NCBI GenBank assembly: GCA_964016885.1 | Contig: OZ024745.1 | Coordinates: forward strand, 13,888,001-13,952,000 | Length of the DNA: 64,000 bases | Direction of reading: 5' to 3' | DNA from: Eledone cirrhosa | Lineage: Eukaryota | In this document: piece by piece, positions 12,975-26,577 of the stretch | Position numbering within the stretch: position 1 is the stretch's first letter | How the letters are laid out: each line of letters starts with the position of its first letter | Notes under the pieces: model-generated | The model's input: only the letters and a program-made list of their open reading frames with translations | What the model was told of the DNA's origin: nothing | The model's database searches: none | Position numbers and translations under genes: made by a program

Positions 12975-13937
12975 AATAAATTTTAATTCGTTGCACCACT
13001 GATTCTCTGTTTCCTATGTGATATCATACTCTGCTCTGTAAGAGCATCGCATGCTCAAACAGCCTACCGCATACGGACGCTTTAAGCATCCCACACCAAT
13101 TATATATATATCTTAACTTTCTCACACTACTCATATGTCTATCTATTCTCTTATCTGAACTTTCCTGAAGGACTTCTGTCTGAAGCGTGAACCTAACATA
13201 ACTGTAATTTTGCTTCCTGTGTTTTCTATTGTTTCATTTAATCAGTTACAACAGGGACATATGCAGATACTTAAGTTTCATTCCATCTGCCATATTATAT
13301 AACTCATCCCACAGACTGAGTGCTCTAAACCCTTGGACATTTACACCAAATTTGTACTCCAATATATATATATATATATATACACACGTGTATATGAGTA
13401 TGTGTTTGTAATCGACTCACAGCTAGCTCCTAAGAGATGGCTAAGAAAAGATATATTTAGTGATGTTAACAATTTATTGGATCTAATTTGGTTATTATTC
13501 GGTTGCTATTATTACATATATATCAATATTTATAATAGTTTTCTTGCTATTACATAAACTAAAACAACAGCAGCAAATTCTTTATAAAATTTGAATTTTA
13601 ATTATAAAATACAAACATGAATGTCACATAAAGGAAACATTTATATATTTGAAATCATCATCATCATCAGTTTACATTTGCTTTGCATGCTGGCATGGGT
13701 TGGAAGATGATACAAATCTTGGCAGCATCAGTTGGAAAGCAACAAAGTTTTTAATGGTAACTCTGTGAAAGAAATAAAATTTAAAAAAACCAAGGATATA
13801 TATACAGGGTGTTTCAAAAGTCAGTATCCCTTCATCTCCCTGTCACCCACTGAGGTGCTTTTACCTGATGCTCTCATTTGGCTGTTTCAACAGCTATTCT
13901 TGCATTGAGTTTTCTCAATGAATTATATATTTAACAA

Positions 13938-14130
13938 GGGCGGTGGATTGGCAGTATCGGTAGAGGGTCGGTCGCCATGCTTTGATGCATAGAGTTATGG
14001 CCCTTGCCATTCTGAGTTCAAATCCCGCCAAGGTTAACTTTGCCTTTCATCCTTACGGGGGTCGATAAAATAAAGTACCAGTAATGTACTGGGTTATTGC
14101 TGGCCTTGTGCCAATAGTAGAAACAATTAT
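13938..14130 (+). mobile_element. tRNA-derived SINE, family A
   Basis: gggcggtggattggcagtatcggtagag...gagttcaaatcccgcc...gtcgataaaataaagtaccag. Confidence 0.85.
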
Positions 14131-14184
14131 ATATTTAACACTATAATTTCGGTTTTAAATGATTAATTAGATTTTATATCCAAT

Positions 14185-14380
14185 AATAATTGTTTCTACT
14201 TTTGGCACAAGGCCAGCAATTATCGCAGTACATTACTGGTACTTTATTTTATCGACCCCATAAGGATGAAAGGCAAAGTTAACCTCGGCGGAATTTGAAC
14301 TCATGCCACAAAGGGCCATAACTCTTTGCTTGCAAAGCATGGTGTCCGAAACCTCTACCGATACTGCCAATCCACCGACC
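14185..14380 (-). mobile_element. tRNA-derived SINE, family A, inverted relative to 13938
   Basis: Reverse-complement match to the family. Confidence 0.85.
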
Positions 14381-16254
14381 TCAAATAATAATCGATTCGT
14401 TTGCAAGCAAACAGCCTCATTACACCATGCTTTTAGATGACCATTGTCATCCTTTTGTTTTACACTAGAACAAAAGGAAGGCAATAATCATCTAAAAAAC
14501 ATGGTGTAATGAGGCTTTACATATCCACTATATTAGGGTGGAAAACGAAATTCTAACTAAAAAAGAATTGTTAAATAGAAAAGTAGTGTTAAATATATAT
14601 TGTGTTGGGGCTAGACCTTTGAAATAGCCTGTATATATAGGAGGGAAATGGGAATTTGTGATACTTATATCATCCCAAATAGCTTTAGAGAGGTGTTACT
14701 GAAACCTGGTGACCAACACACTACTCATTCACAGTTCTCAGCTTTACAATGTCCCCTACAGATAACAGAATATTAAATTAATTCAATAACAATCTGCTTT
14801 GCTAGAAAAACCAACCAGCTTTTTAAACTGGTACATTGGAAAATTCAAAACAATACTGCTAAAGGAATATAATATATTTTATTTTATATTTTAGACATAG
14901 AAGGTCCTAATCATTATGGACATGTGGTTAGAATATCTCAGTAAAGAATCGCTGGACAGATTTTACAGACAAAACCAACTGACAGAAAACTCAAAGGTAA
15001 ACTGAGCACGATGATTAGATAACATGACTTCGGCTGGTCTTGCTTGGTATCCCAGCCAGATCAGTTGGAATACGGTTGCTTCTGACAGGACCTGTTGGAA
15101 GGAGTGTTTGAGGACTCTTTGCCCATGACCCGCCCAGGAATAAGTGGGCGAAGAAGAGAAAGAAGGTCGTAATCATGAATTAAATATAAGGAACCAAGCT
15201 TGATTCCTGAATTATTATATTTATGAATAAGGCCTTATGTAGCCGAAATATTAATAGAGTAACAGCCAATACCTTAACTGCAAATCTGAAGAATGTAACA
15301 GATCTATTGGGGAAATGAGAAAAAAAAAGAGTCAGTAGATCCTGGCACTAAAGCCCAATTCTTGTGCATATCTGGGAACTCGAGTGAATCAGTTAGGAAA
15401 GCATTGCTATTGTAAAAAGAATTGGAATATATTAATTCCAGACTGGAAAACTCGAGCAGTGAGCAAAGCCGGAATAAGTGGGCGAAAAAGAGAAAGAAGG
15501 TCGTAATCATGAATTAAATATAAGGAAGCAAGCTTGATTCCTGAATTATTATATTTATGAATAAGGCCTTATGTAGCCGAAATATCAAATAAAATTTATT
15601 TCATTCTTTCACCATAATCATTTTGGCTTTTATACCAGAATATTCCAGCTTATTTAAATCCTTCAGGTATTAAACCAGCTTTATAACTGATTTAGTTCAA
15701 CATAATTAAATAGGATAAAGAGTGGCCAACAGATTTGTTCATTTTGCTGTTTTACATGTATTTTTCTATGCATGGTTTGTTCAAATTTTGGAACAAGTAA
15801 TTTTACAACTAAATGCCCAGCTACTATTACTACTACAACTCACAGTAATTATAGTGAGGTGAGCAGAGTTAAGAACCTTTTCTACAGGTACAAACCAATG
15901 GCTATGGTCAGGTTTGAATTTCGTCTAACACCTTACCTACACAGTCATTATGAATATTATAATTAAAAATAATTAAGACATTATGTTGATCAAATCGATT
16001 GACAAGATCCCAGACGTCATTCACTTACCAAGTGGGTTAGAACTTGTCAAACTGGACCAAGGAAACGATGTCTCCATTGCTGATGCTATCTACCGGTCAC
16101 AACTTCTGGCAGAAAGAGCAACAAGAAATAAAGTGCCTTGTTCAAGGACATAACACATCACCCAGTTGAGGAATCAAACTCACAACCTCATGATTGCAAA
16201 TCCAATTCACTAACCACTAAGCCACGTATCTTCACTTAGATTAATAAATGGGAG

Positions 16255-16450
16255 TACTGTATATACTCGAATATAAGCCAACCCCACTATTATGTCTGAG
16301 AAATAGGCAAAGATCCAAACTTTATTTAAGTAGAATTTGAAGTTGGTGAAAATTGTTAAAATATAAATTGTTAAAATATAAGCCAACAACTATTCTACCA
16401 ATGACTTTTTGATTACATATTCCTCAGCTTATATTCAAGTATATACAGTA
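16255..16450. mobile_element. Tc/mariner (Tc2-like) MITE
   Basis: TIRs tactgtatatactcgaatataagc / gcttatattcaagtatatacagta; an older relative lies at ~10752-11155. Confidence 0.7.
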
Positions 16451-16665
16451 ATTATGTAACACAAAAACATGTTTAAAATGTTCTCAATAGATATCTAACA
16501 TTTTCTAAAGTATGTCCCCCTCTCTTGTTTTATAAGTTTGTGTGTCTATTTGACAACACTATTGTGTTTCAGTTGTAAATGTCAGACTTTTATATAATAA
16601 AACAGCAGTTATAATAAAACTTATAAATAATAAAATATGTAACAATACTTAACAGCAAAAGAGCT

Positions 16666-17046
16666 TGTAATAGGTTATGTTAAACACGTAATAGGTTACG
16701 CTAAACATGTAACAAGTTATGTTAAACATGTAACAAGTTATGCTTAAACATGTAATAGGCTATGCTAAACACGTAATTGGTTATACTAAACACGTAATTG
16801 GTTATGCTAAACTTGTAATAGGTTAGTCTAAACACGTAATGGTTATGCTAAACACATAATATGTTAGGCTAAACATGTAATAGGTTAGGCTAAACAAGTA
16901 ACAGGTTAGACTAAACATGTAATAAGTTAGGCTGAACATGTAATAAGATAGGCTAAACATGTAATAGGTTAGGCTAAACGTGTAATAGGTTAGGCTAAAC
17001 GTGTAATAGGTTAGGCTAAACATGTAATAGGTTAGGCTAAACATGT
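16666..17046. repeat. 21-bp minisatellite, ~18 copies (aaacatgtaataggttaggct)
   Basis: Visible tandem array. Confidence 0.9.
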
Positions 17047-17954
17047 GTGCTCTTACTTTTCATAATATGTCTGTTTATGCACATGTGTGTGTATGTGTGT
17101 GTATATATATATATATACATTTATCTTTTAACGTTTGCTAACAAGGGTTGAATGGGTCGTTACTGACAAAGTCAGTAGTTAAATGGAACTTGCTTATAAA
17201 CATTTTAAAAAGTAACGAAACCACTAATAGAAATTAAAATTTTGTTTAAGCTCATTAAATACTAAAAGCATAAGGGCTAATGAATGATATATTGAAGCTA
17301 ACAAACAAAAGAATTATGACCAATTTCTGTTAAAACAGATGTTTAGTAATATTCCTTACAAAGAGACAACTGTTTAATAATAATAACTTACAATGGGACA
17401 GTATTACAAAGAAAGATCATTCTAACTCCTTTATGAAGAAGTCAGATATTCAATTTATTCTGTAGATGGCAGTGAAGAACTAGAGTAAACATGTAGAAAT
17501 AAAGGACAGAGGGAAGAGATATAATATATTGCTTATTAATAGTAGATGGTATTGGAATTGATCAGTATTGGTGGTGCTATTAGTTGAGTACCAGAAACCA
17601 GCAAGTTTCATCATCTGCATTTGTTAGGCTGAAAGATGAATCAGAGATATTACAAATGAGAGTATCAGAGGGGACAGGCCGTGTCTGTGAATATCTGTAT
17701 GTGTGTATGTGTATGTGTGTATGCGTGCCTAGTGCTTGTAGTTACTTCAGTACTCTGGTATCACACAAATATCCAATTTGGAAACAGTGATCTTCAGTGA
17801 ATTTTCGTAATAGTTTGAGACTATATATATATGTGTGTGTGTGTATGTGTTTATATATACATATACAAACATATATAGACATACATACTTACATACACAT
17901 ATATATATAAACACACACACATATATATATAAACACACACACACACATATATAA

Positions 17955-17994
<40 letters not shown>

Positions 17995-18044
17995 GCACAC
18001 ACATATACACATATATATATACAATATATATATTTATATACACA

Positions 18045-18078
<34 letters not shown>

Positions 18079-18259
18079 GATATATATATATATATACATA
18101 CATATGTATATATATGTATATACACATAAATATACACACATATATGTAAGTGTGAGGTATGCATGTTCCTTGTTTTGTTCTTTTCTAACTCCTCTTCCAA
18201 GAGAGTATAACAGGAAGAATGATTTATATTTGGAACTGGTACATATGATACTGAAGTAA

Positions 18260-18430
18260 TTATATTAATTCTACATAAGTAGCAGGGATGAGGCCTCTTT
18301 GATTTTCAGAATTCTGAGCTGACCACCAGTGAAGGTCATGTTGATTAACAATATCAATTATTTCTCCTTTTTTGAAGCTTAATTCATCATTTCCTCGAGC
18401 ATTGAATTCATAAATTCCACGTGCCTTGAC
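18260..18430 (-). CDS. GRB2: GRB2/drk-family adaptor, last coding exon, C-terminal SH3 (VKARGIYEFNARGNDELSFKKGEIIDIVNQHDLHWWSAQNSENQRGLIPATYVELI*)
   Basis: ctag acceptor; SH3 motifs ELSF.KG, WW and GLIP..YV; TAA stop. Confidence 0.88.
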   Translation of the reverse strand, partial: VKARGIYEFNARGNDELSFKKGEIIDIVNQHDLHWWSAQNSENQRGLIPATYVELI

Positions 18431-18742
18431 CTAGAAAGATGGAAAATTCAAAATAAAGATATCTGGTGAAAACTGTTTTAGGAAAGTCAGTACAATACAA
18501 GTTAAGAACAAAGAAGTTAAAATGGTAGTAAAGCAAAACAAAAAACAGATTTAAAACCCATTTTTTCAAATGAAAAGAGAAATGAAGTGTGATGGTTGTA
18601 ATGAGCTGTGTTCTACATAGTTATTGGGTAAGGGGGGGAAATATTATTTTATGTATAAACAATTGTTATAGATTTTATAATCCTACATTTCTCAGCTTTC
18701 ATGTTTTTTTTTGTTTTTTTTTCATGCTGACATTGTTTAGAT

Positions 18743-19027
18743 CAGTGTTCCTCAACTGGTGTTCCCTGGAACTCTAGGGTTCCACAACAAACAGTGATAA
18801 ATAAGCTCATGTATTTTTTAGTAATTTTTGTTTAATTTTATATTTGTAATTTTACTATATATGTATGGTATATTGTTGGAAAATCCTTAGTTATATACAA
18901 TAAAGGCTTCAACCTCCAAAAGAGGTAGATATCAATAATGGTAAATAATATATTTTATGCAAGGGTTCCTTGGGACATGAAAAATATTTCAAGGGTTCCA
19001 AAAGGGTAAAAAGGTCGAGAAACACTG
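18743..19027. mobile_element. hAT (Charlie-like) MITE
   Basis: TIRs cagtgttcctcaac / gtcgagaaacactg; 8-bp TSD gtttagat / atttagat. Confidence 0.8.
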
Positions 19028-19224
19028 ATTTAGATAGACTCTAAAGCCTCAGAAATTGCCACAACTCAAAATTTTGTTTAGCTTATCTCATATCTTACAC
19101 AATTAATACCATCTTTCTCTATGGTTATACAATCTTTCCTATATTAAGACATTAAATACAATCTTTCAATAACAAAAGGGTTAAAGAAACATTACTGCTG
19201 CCTTGAAATAAAATGTTTAGTTTA

Positions 19225-19385
19225 TAATTGTTTCTACTTTTGGCACAATGCCAGCAATTATCCCAGTGTATTACTGGTGCTTTATTTTATCGACCCTGTA
19301 AGGATGAAAGGCAAAGTTAACCTCGGCGGGATTTGAACACATAAAGGGCCGTAACTCTTTGCTGCAAAGCATGGCGTCTGACCCT
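19225..19385 (-). mobile_element. tRNA-derived SINE, family A, 5'-truncated
   Basis: Matches 1508-1699. Confidence 0.8.
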
Positions 19386-21548
19386 TAGTTTAGTTTATAA
19401 TATTTAGCAAACATTTCAGTGATAATTATATAAAGCTTCCCATGCTTCCCTTTTTTAATGCTTATTTTGCTTCCCATTCGCTTTCCCTATTAAAATTTTT
19501 ATATTCATTTATCTCTGTTTGTCTTGATTTTGTTTCTCAACTGTAAGTACTAGATACTTCCCCTAGTCTGTCATGGATTAATAGCTCTACATGGACATCT
19601 TATATATATACAGCAATGAAATATGAAGAAGTAGTGGAATTATTTACAAATAAAAGGTCAAATCCATTAACACAACTAAACTATAAATGTATAGCAACTT
19701 AGGCATTTTTGTTAGCTACTATAAACATAATTCAAGATCTTGTTATACATCCTTTCACTTCTGAGTCACTGACTGATCATCATCATCATCATCATTTTAT
19801 GTCCACCTTTCCACGCTAGCATGGGTTGAGGTGGTTGACACAGTTATGAGTACATTCCATTTTTGGCATTGTTTCTACAGATGCATACTCTTCTTAATGC
19901 CAGAGTGTATTGGGTGCATTTTATCATGGTACCTGCACTATCAATTTAGAGATTGTAGAGCATGTATTTTAACATGACATCAGCACTACCACTTTACAGA
20001 GTGTATTGGGCGCATTTTATCATAGCAGCATTACTACCACTTTACAGAATGTATTGATGATATTTTATCTATGTTAAATTTGTACAGAGCTTAATTAATG
20101 AAACCATCAATATAGTGCAGAAGGATTACCTCACTTTATTAGGATATTTTGACACTAGTTCTCTAAGACAAATAAAACTAGTTTTGAACGACTTATAAAC
20201 CATCACTATAATGTAGGAGTGTTACTGGAATAAAACTAGTTTTAAATGACTTACAAATGCTATGGGCACAACCCTTTCACCAACCCAAATAATGAAAACA
20301 AAATAGTTGTAAAACATTTACAGCACAATTAGTCATGGAGGAAAACATCCCCCCCACCAAAAAAAAACGGTTGGTGCTAAACAGAATTTCAAGTGGAGTC
20401 TTTTAACACTGCAAACTTGTAGCAAGCTAAAAATATATGCATACTTGAATATATAAGCAATATTTCTCTGAACATCTAAGTCAAGTGGGGATTTACAGCT
20501 CCTCTTTACTGTGGTCGTCAGGTTTCTTTCTGATTTGAGTCACACCAAAATATCTACACACACACACATATATAATGTAGAAACACATAATGGTGTATCT
20601 CACACACATACATACACACACAATGTTGTATCCCACACAAACATATCTACAAAGACACACCGAGTTGCATCACGCACAAATATCACACACAGAGTTAAAT
20701 CACATACAAACATACACAGACACATGTACAAATACATACACACACAGAGAAACAGAGTTGCATCACACACAGTTTCATCACATACACATTCAGAGTTGTA
20801 TGTCTTTCAACAATAGAAGGAAAGATCTGCTATAGATGAACAGTTAACTTTGCTCAAGTGTCACAACAAAATTTAACAATAAAACAGCAGCTATCAAATG
20901 TCTTTGTGCCCTCCTTTTTCAAATAATTGTAAAAGCTAACACCCTTCTACCCCTTTCTTCTTCGCCCACTTATTCCTAAGAGGGTTGTGGGGGCAAAGTC
21001 CTCAAACACTCCTTCCTGTGGGTCCTGTCAGAAGCAACCATCTTCAATTGATCCGGCTGGATCCCCAAGCGAGACCAGCTAAGTTCATGGATGTTATTAA
21101 ACCATCTTGCTCAAGATCTGGTCGTGGGTCTCCTGCCAGTTGGTTTTGCTCGTTAAATCTTTCCAGCGATTCTTACCACATTCCCATAGTATCAGAACTG
21201 TGGTCGTTCAATTCAGAGAAGTAGCGGCTCTACCTGGAGTGACTCTCTCATCTCCAAGCTACATATTCTTTACTGAGACATTTTAACCAGCCCATAGTAT
21301 TGGAGCTGTGATCTCTCAATTCAGAGAAGTAGCGGCTCTATCTGGAGTTACTCTCTGATCTCTGAACTATGTACTCTATTGAGTAATGTTACTCCAAAGA
21401 CCTTTTGGAGGAACCCATTTTGGCCGCTTGTATTTGCGATCGTATTCTTTTGATCATTACCCTCTACCCAACCTGATAAATGTCACAATAGATAACTCTT
21501 AAATTATTAAAATACAATTGATTAATTCATGTTGAAAGTCATTATTAT

Positions 21549-21735
21549 GGTGGATTGGCAGTATTGGTAGAGGGTCGGATGCCATGCTTTAAAGCATAGA
21601 GTTACCTCCCTGTATGATCTGAGTTCAAATCCCGCCGAGGTTAACTTTGCCTTTCATCCTTACGCGGTCGATAAAATAAAGTACCAGTAATGCACTGGTT
21701 AATTGCTGGCCTTGTGTCAAAAGTAGAAACAATTA
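21549..21735 (+). mobile_element. tRNA-derived SINE, family A
   Basis: Matches 13938-14130; older relatives follow at ~21770-21895 and ~22880-23030. Confidence 0.85.
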
Positions 21736-22278
21736 TTATCTATGAGAGTCAGCTGAAAAGTTATCAAGCTGGCAGAGTCATTACAGCATAGGACAAAATG
21801 CTTTACAGTATTTGTTGCAGCCCTTTCTGTTCCGAGTTCAAATCCCACCATGGCAAACTTTGATTTTTATCCTTTCAGGTTTGATGAAATAAAGTAGGAA
21901 TCTAGGACAGATTATCAGAACTGTTAGAACATCAAATGAGATGCCTTGTGGTGTTTGTTCTCATTCTTTGTGTTCTGAGCTCTTGCTGTGGCCTACTTTG
22001 CTGGTAAAGTTAATCAGTCACCCAGTTTAAAACTACTCCTTGGTTTTTGTGTGCTTTAACAGAGTCCTCTTTGTCACAATCATTCAAATACTTTCTTCCA
22101 ACCAGTCTTGGAGGTCCTTAAAAGGGTCACAGGCACTGCTCTTCTCTCCCTGACTAAACAGTGAAAAACAAACAAAAGATCAAACTGAAATACTTCAGTC
22201 AATCCTATACAGAAGATAGTTTTATTTTTTTTAAATAATGAAAATAAAAAAAAAAACCCATAAGAGATAATATCTTAC

Positions 22279-22447
22279 TTTCTGTTCTTTAACAATTTCT
22301 TTAAGGGTTATGTGGTGGCTTCTGCTTACAGATGATGTTTTGTAAAAGTTCACTAATGCAGCCAGTGTTGGGAATTTATCTGACTCCCATATAAAATGGC
22401 CATCATTCTGTCTGTAGATTTTGAAATGTTGTACTTCACACATGTAT
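22279..22447 (-). CDS. GRB2: GRB2/drk-family adaptor exon, SH2 C-terminal half (YMCEVQHFKIYRQNDGHFIWESDKFPTLAALVNFYKTSSVSRSHHITLKEIVKEQK)
   Basis: 169-bp exon, the length I recall for the matching human GRB2 exon; ctcag/gtaaga sites; VQHFK and SVSR motifs. Confidence 0.9.
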
Positions 22448-23521
22448 CTGAGAAAAGAAAAAAAAATGAAGCAAATATTATTGCAAAAATTTCAGTAGGT
22501 AAATATGAGAATATAATGAATAAAGTTAAAAATTCTAAAGTCTGTCTTGAGCCCAGAAGCTCATCAGGCCAGTGTTTATCCTGGTTTCTGTGGTGTTAAG
22601 CAACTGAGATTACAAGACTACCCTCTGGACAGGATACCAGTCCATTGCAGAGCTAAACCCCCAGCTATTGCTGGTACTCATTTTCAGTTGAGTATACTGG
22701 AACAACATGAAATGAAGTGTTTTGTTCAAGAACACAATACACAACCCAGACCAGGAATCTAGCCAGCGACATTATGGTTGTAAGTCCAACACCCTTACCC
22801 CTGGGCTACACATCATCACAAAGTTAAAGTGGATAGGATCAAACCTATTTCATTTCTCAGGACTATATCCCTTATAGCGATGACTTGGCAGAGAGTCATT
22901 AGAACGTTGGATAAAATGCTTTGTGGTATTTTTTCCAGCTCTCTGCTCTCTGAGTTTAAATCTCGCCAAGGTCAACTTTGCTTTTCATTCATTCGCAGTC
23001 AATAAAAAAGTACCAGTCTAGTACTGGGGGTCGATTCTTCTATATGTCTTTCTTACTTCCTTTCTCTCACTCTTTATCCTTCTTTAGAAGAAATCTGCTG
23101 TATTCAGACCTGGAAAGGAGATGTGTTCTGCCAGGTTTAAAATTGCCCTAGAAATGCCATATGCCAATATGGCGCCTCTACAACTCACTCAGGAGTTATG
23201 GGACCATACCATATCCCTTATAACCACTGTAACAATTGAAACTGGACATCGGTTATCCGCTGCATGTATAAAATGGCATATAAAAGCTATGGGCTCTCCC
23301 CTCAACCTTGATCAAGAAATAAATTCAACAAATATAGCATCATTTTTTATAAATGAAAAATCTTCTGTAACTTAAAATTTGGATTGTTTCTTTGTCACAG
23401 CTAGAACAAAACGATGGCAATGATCATCTAAAGAACAGCTTAATGAGGCTGTTTGCTTGCAAATGAATCAAATATTATTATTATTCGATATAAAACTCAC
23501 AAATACTCTTCTGTAACTTAC

Positions 23522-23665
23522 TTGACAGACAAGCTGTGTTCTCCTTCTTGTCGTCCTCTCCTCACAAGGAAGGCACCATCTCCATTGATATACTGCATGT
23601 TACTGTTCTTAGCCAAAAGTATTCTTTCTGCTTCTTGCCGCGACACATCTAACATCAACCAATTG
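23522..23665 (-). CDS. GRB2: GRB2/drk-family adaptor exon, SH2 N-terminal half (NWLMLDVSRQEAERILLAKNSNMQYINGDGAFLVRRGRQEGEHSLSVK)
   Basis: ttcaag/gtaagt sites, phase 2 to 2; R.EAE, DGAFLVR and SLSVK motifs. Confidence 0.9.
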
Positions 23666-24924
23666 CTTGAAAATGAAAATAATACATTTTATCTTTTACT
23701 AGAACATTAATGTGAAGTGAAGATTAAAGATCTGAAGATTAAAAACTCTCATCGAGTTCCAAATACTTTACAAGACCTATTACTACTATAATTATTAATA
23801 ATTATTTTATTATTATTATTATTACTATTACTTGTAGATAGACAGAGATAGATTCAGGCAGATAAAGAGACACACACACATATTACACATATTACATATA
23901 TATATATATATATGTATAAAGTAAACAGAAAAAAACAACACAATCGGTACAGTATATGGAAGGTATATATTAGGTTAACACTTGATATAACAGGAAGAGG
24001 GTCTTAACGTTTCGGATGCTAGTCCTTCACATCAGAAGAAAGAATGAGAAATAAGATAGATTGAGGGGACGGGCGGGTTGGAATTGGAAAAACATTTCTT
24101 TAGATAAAAATAACAGGTCCATTCATGTTGACATCTCTTATATATATATATAGAGAGAGAGATAGGGGTGAGGAGGAAGGAGTGAGAAGGAGAGAGAGAG
24201 GGCAGTGGGAGAGGGAGGGAACGAGAGAGACAACACTTGACAGAATGCTGCAATTTGGTATGAATGAAAACATTTTAGAATATTTGCTCATCCCTTTTTA
24301 TTTTAAATTTGTGCTCCATGAATTTTAAATAAAATATTCAACAGTTATTGACAGATTTTAGTATTTGTGTTAGAGATGGAGAAAATGGCTGAACAGTTAT
24401 AGCATACTACTGGCTTTACATTAATGATGATGATGACTGATGGGTGAAGAAGTACCAGGAAATGCCAGAAGAATGAAGTCACAGTAGAGGTAGACAAAGA
24501 AAGACTGAGGCAGAGCTGACCTCAAATCGCTGAGAAGGACCCAAAGGACCTATCCAACCCATGCAAGCGTGGAAAAACAGACGTAAAAACCATGATAATG
24601 ATGATGATGATGATGATACTCTTCTACATAAGTTGGACATATTTCCAGTAAGATAACTTAGCAGCAATATGACCTCAAATTGTCCAAAAACCTTGGCATG
24701 GCAGTGCTACTGAGGACACCTTATCAGTTCAGAATAACTTTTACAGGTTTGGTATTGCCATCAGCTGGAACTGTCCAAGATGCACACAGATAAATGAGGC
24801 CATTCTTGCATGCACTTGGTGGCTTATGGGGTTATGTTGAACAGTGCAGTTTCATGTAAGATGAATCTAACCCATTTCTTAAGTCCATTGTGTGGACCAC
24901 CATATTGCCTTCCTTTGTCTAAAG

Positions 24925-25388
24925 CAGCAGTTCCCAACCTTTTATAATAAATTCCACCTTAATGATATAGCAAAACAGTATGGCCCCCCCAAAAAATTAA
25001 AATTTTTGATATTTTTTTATGTAGAAATAATTTCGGCATGTCTTTTTATTTCAGTCAAAGTAATTTTGTCAATGAGAAATTTACTAAAATAAATCATATA
25101 TATCCTGTTATAAAAATAAGTTTCTTTACTAAGTTTATTTACTAAAACATAAATTGTTATATCCAGATTTAAATAATTATCAAGTGAACTAAAATCATAA
25201 TTAGAAAAGGTAGAAAGTTGATAAAAAGTTGAAAATAAAAATTTGAAGCAAGAAAAAGAAAAAATTATGTTAGGAAACTACTCTTCTTTATGTATGATAT
25301 TTTGTGATTTTTAGTTAATTCCCGTGGCTCCCCCAATAACTTGCTATGGCCCACTGGTGGGCCATGGCTGCCTGGTTGGGAACCAATG
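24925..25388. mobile_element. hAT (Charlie-like) MITE
   Basis: TIRs cagcagttcccaacc / ggttgggaaccaatg; 8-bp TSD gtctaaag / atctaaag. Confidence 0.78.
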
Positions 25389-25593
25389 ATCTAAAGAAAA
25401 AGCAAGCAGTTTTTATGTGTAGTGGCCAAGATTGCAAGGACCAAACATAGATACTTTCATCTAAAATTAAGCTGTTAACAACTGCTTCAAATTCCATTGC
25501 GTCTAAATTTGAAATTATTATCATCATTACTGGGTCAATTTAATCCTCGTTACCTTTCCCTTCAAACTGCTTTTTGTGGTGTGGGATAGTCTT

Positions 25594-26577
25594 GGTATGA
25601 TGATGATGACAGCCATGATGATGATGGTATGATGATGATGATGGTGGTATGATGGTGGTATGACGATGGTATGATGGTGGTATGACGATGGTATGATGGT
25701 GGTATGATGATGGTATGATGATGGTATGATGGTGGTATGATGATGGTATGATGGTGGTATGATGGTGGTATGACGATAGTATGATGGTGGTATGATGGTG
25801 GTATGACGATAGTATGATGGTGGTATGATGGTGGTATGACGATAGTATGATGGTGGTATGATGATGGTATGATGGTGGTATGATGGTGGTATGATGGTGG
25901 TATGATGGTGGTATGATGATGGTATGATGGTGGTATGATGGTGGTATGATGGTGGTATGATGGTGGTATGACGGTGGTATGACGGTGGTATGATGATGGT
26001 ATGACGGTGGTATGATGATGGTATGACGGTGGTATGACGGTGGTATGACGGTGGTATGATGGTGGTATGACGATAGTATGATGGTGGTATGATGATGGTA
26101 TGATGGTGGTATGATGGTGGTATGATGGTGGTATGACGGTGGTATGATGGTGGTATGATGGTGGTATGATGGTGGTATGATGATGGTATGATGGTGGTAT
26201 GATGGTGGTATGATGGTGGTATGATGATGGTATGATGGTGGTATGATGGTGGTATGATGGTGGTATGATGATGGTATGATGGTGGTATGATGGTGGTATG
26301 ATGGTGGTATGACGGTGGTATGACGGTGGTATGATGATGGTATGACGGTGGTATGATGATGGTATGACGATAGTATGATGGTGGTATGACGATAGTATGA
26401 TGGTGGTATGACGATAGTATGATGGTGGTATGACGATAGTATGATGGTGGTATGATGGTGGTATGATGATGGTATGATGGTGGTATGATGATGGTATGAC
26501 GGTGGTATGATGGTGGTATGATGATGGTATGACAGTGGTATGATGGTGGTATGATGATGGTATGATGGTGGTGGTGA
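25594..26577. repeat. 11-bp minisatellite (ggtatgatggt and variants), ~85 copies
   Basis: Visible tandem array in an intron of the GRB2-like gene. Confidence 0.92.

Larger units (their letters stand above)
12716..13100. mobile_element. Fold-back non-autonomous element with ~150-bp inverted arms, each carrying a hammerhead motif; Penelope pLTR-like
   Basis: Palindrome centred near 12868, flanked by (TA)n; same family as 32765-33643. Confidence 0.75.
13805..14631. mobile_element. Tc1/mariner-type MITE with two nested SINEs
   Basis: Imperfect TIRs cagggtgtttcaaaag / cctttgaaatagcctg with TA flanks. Confidence 0.65.

Noticed and set aside
13938-14030. tRNA gene (A and B boxes)
   Set aside because: Continues into a multi-copy SINE body; no convincing cloverleaf
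16666-17046. TTAGG-containing array as interstitial telomere
   Set aside because: The motif is part of a 21-bp unit, not tandem TTAGGG
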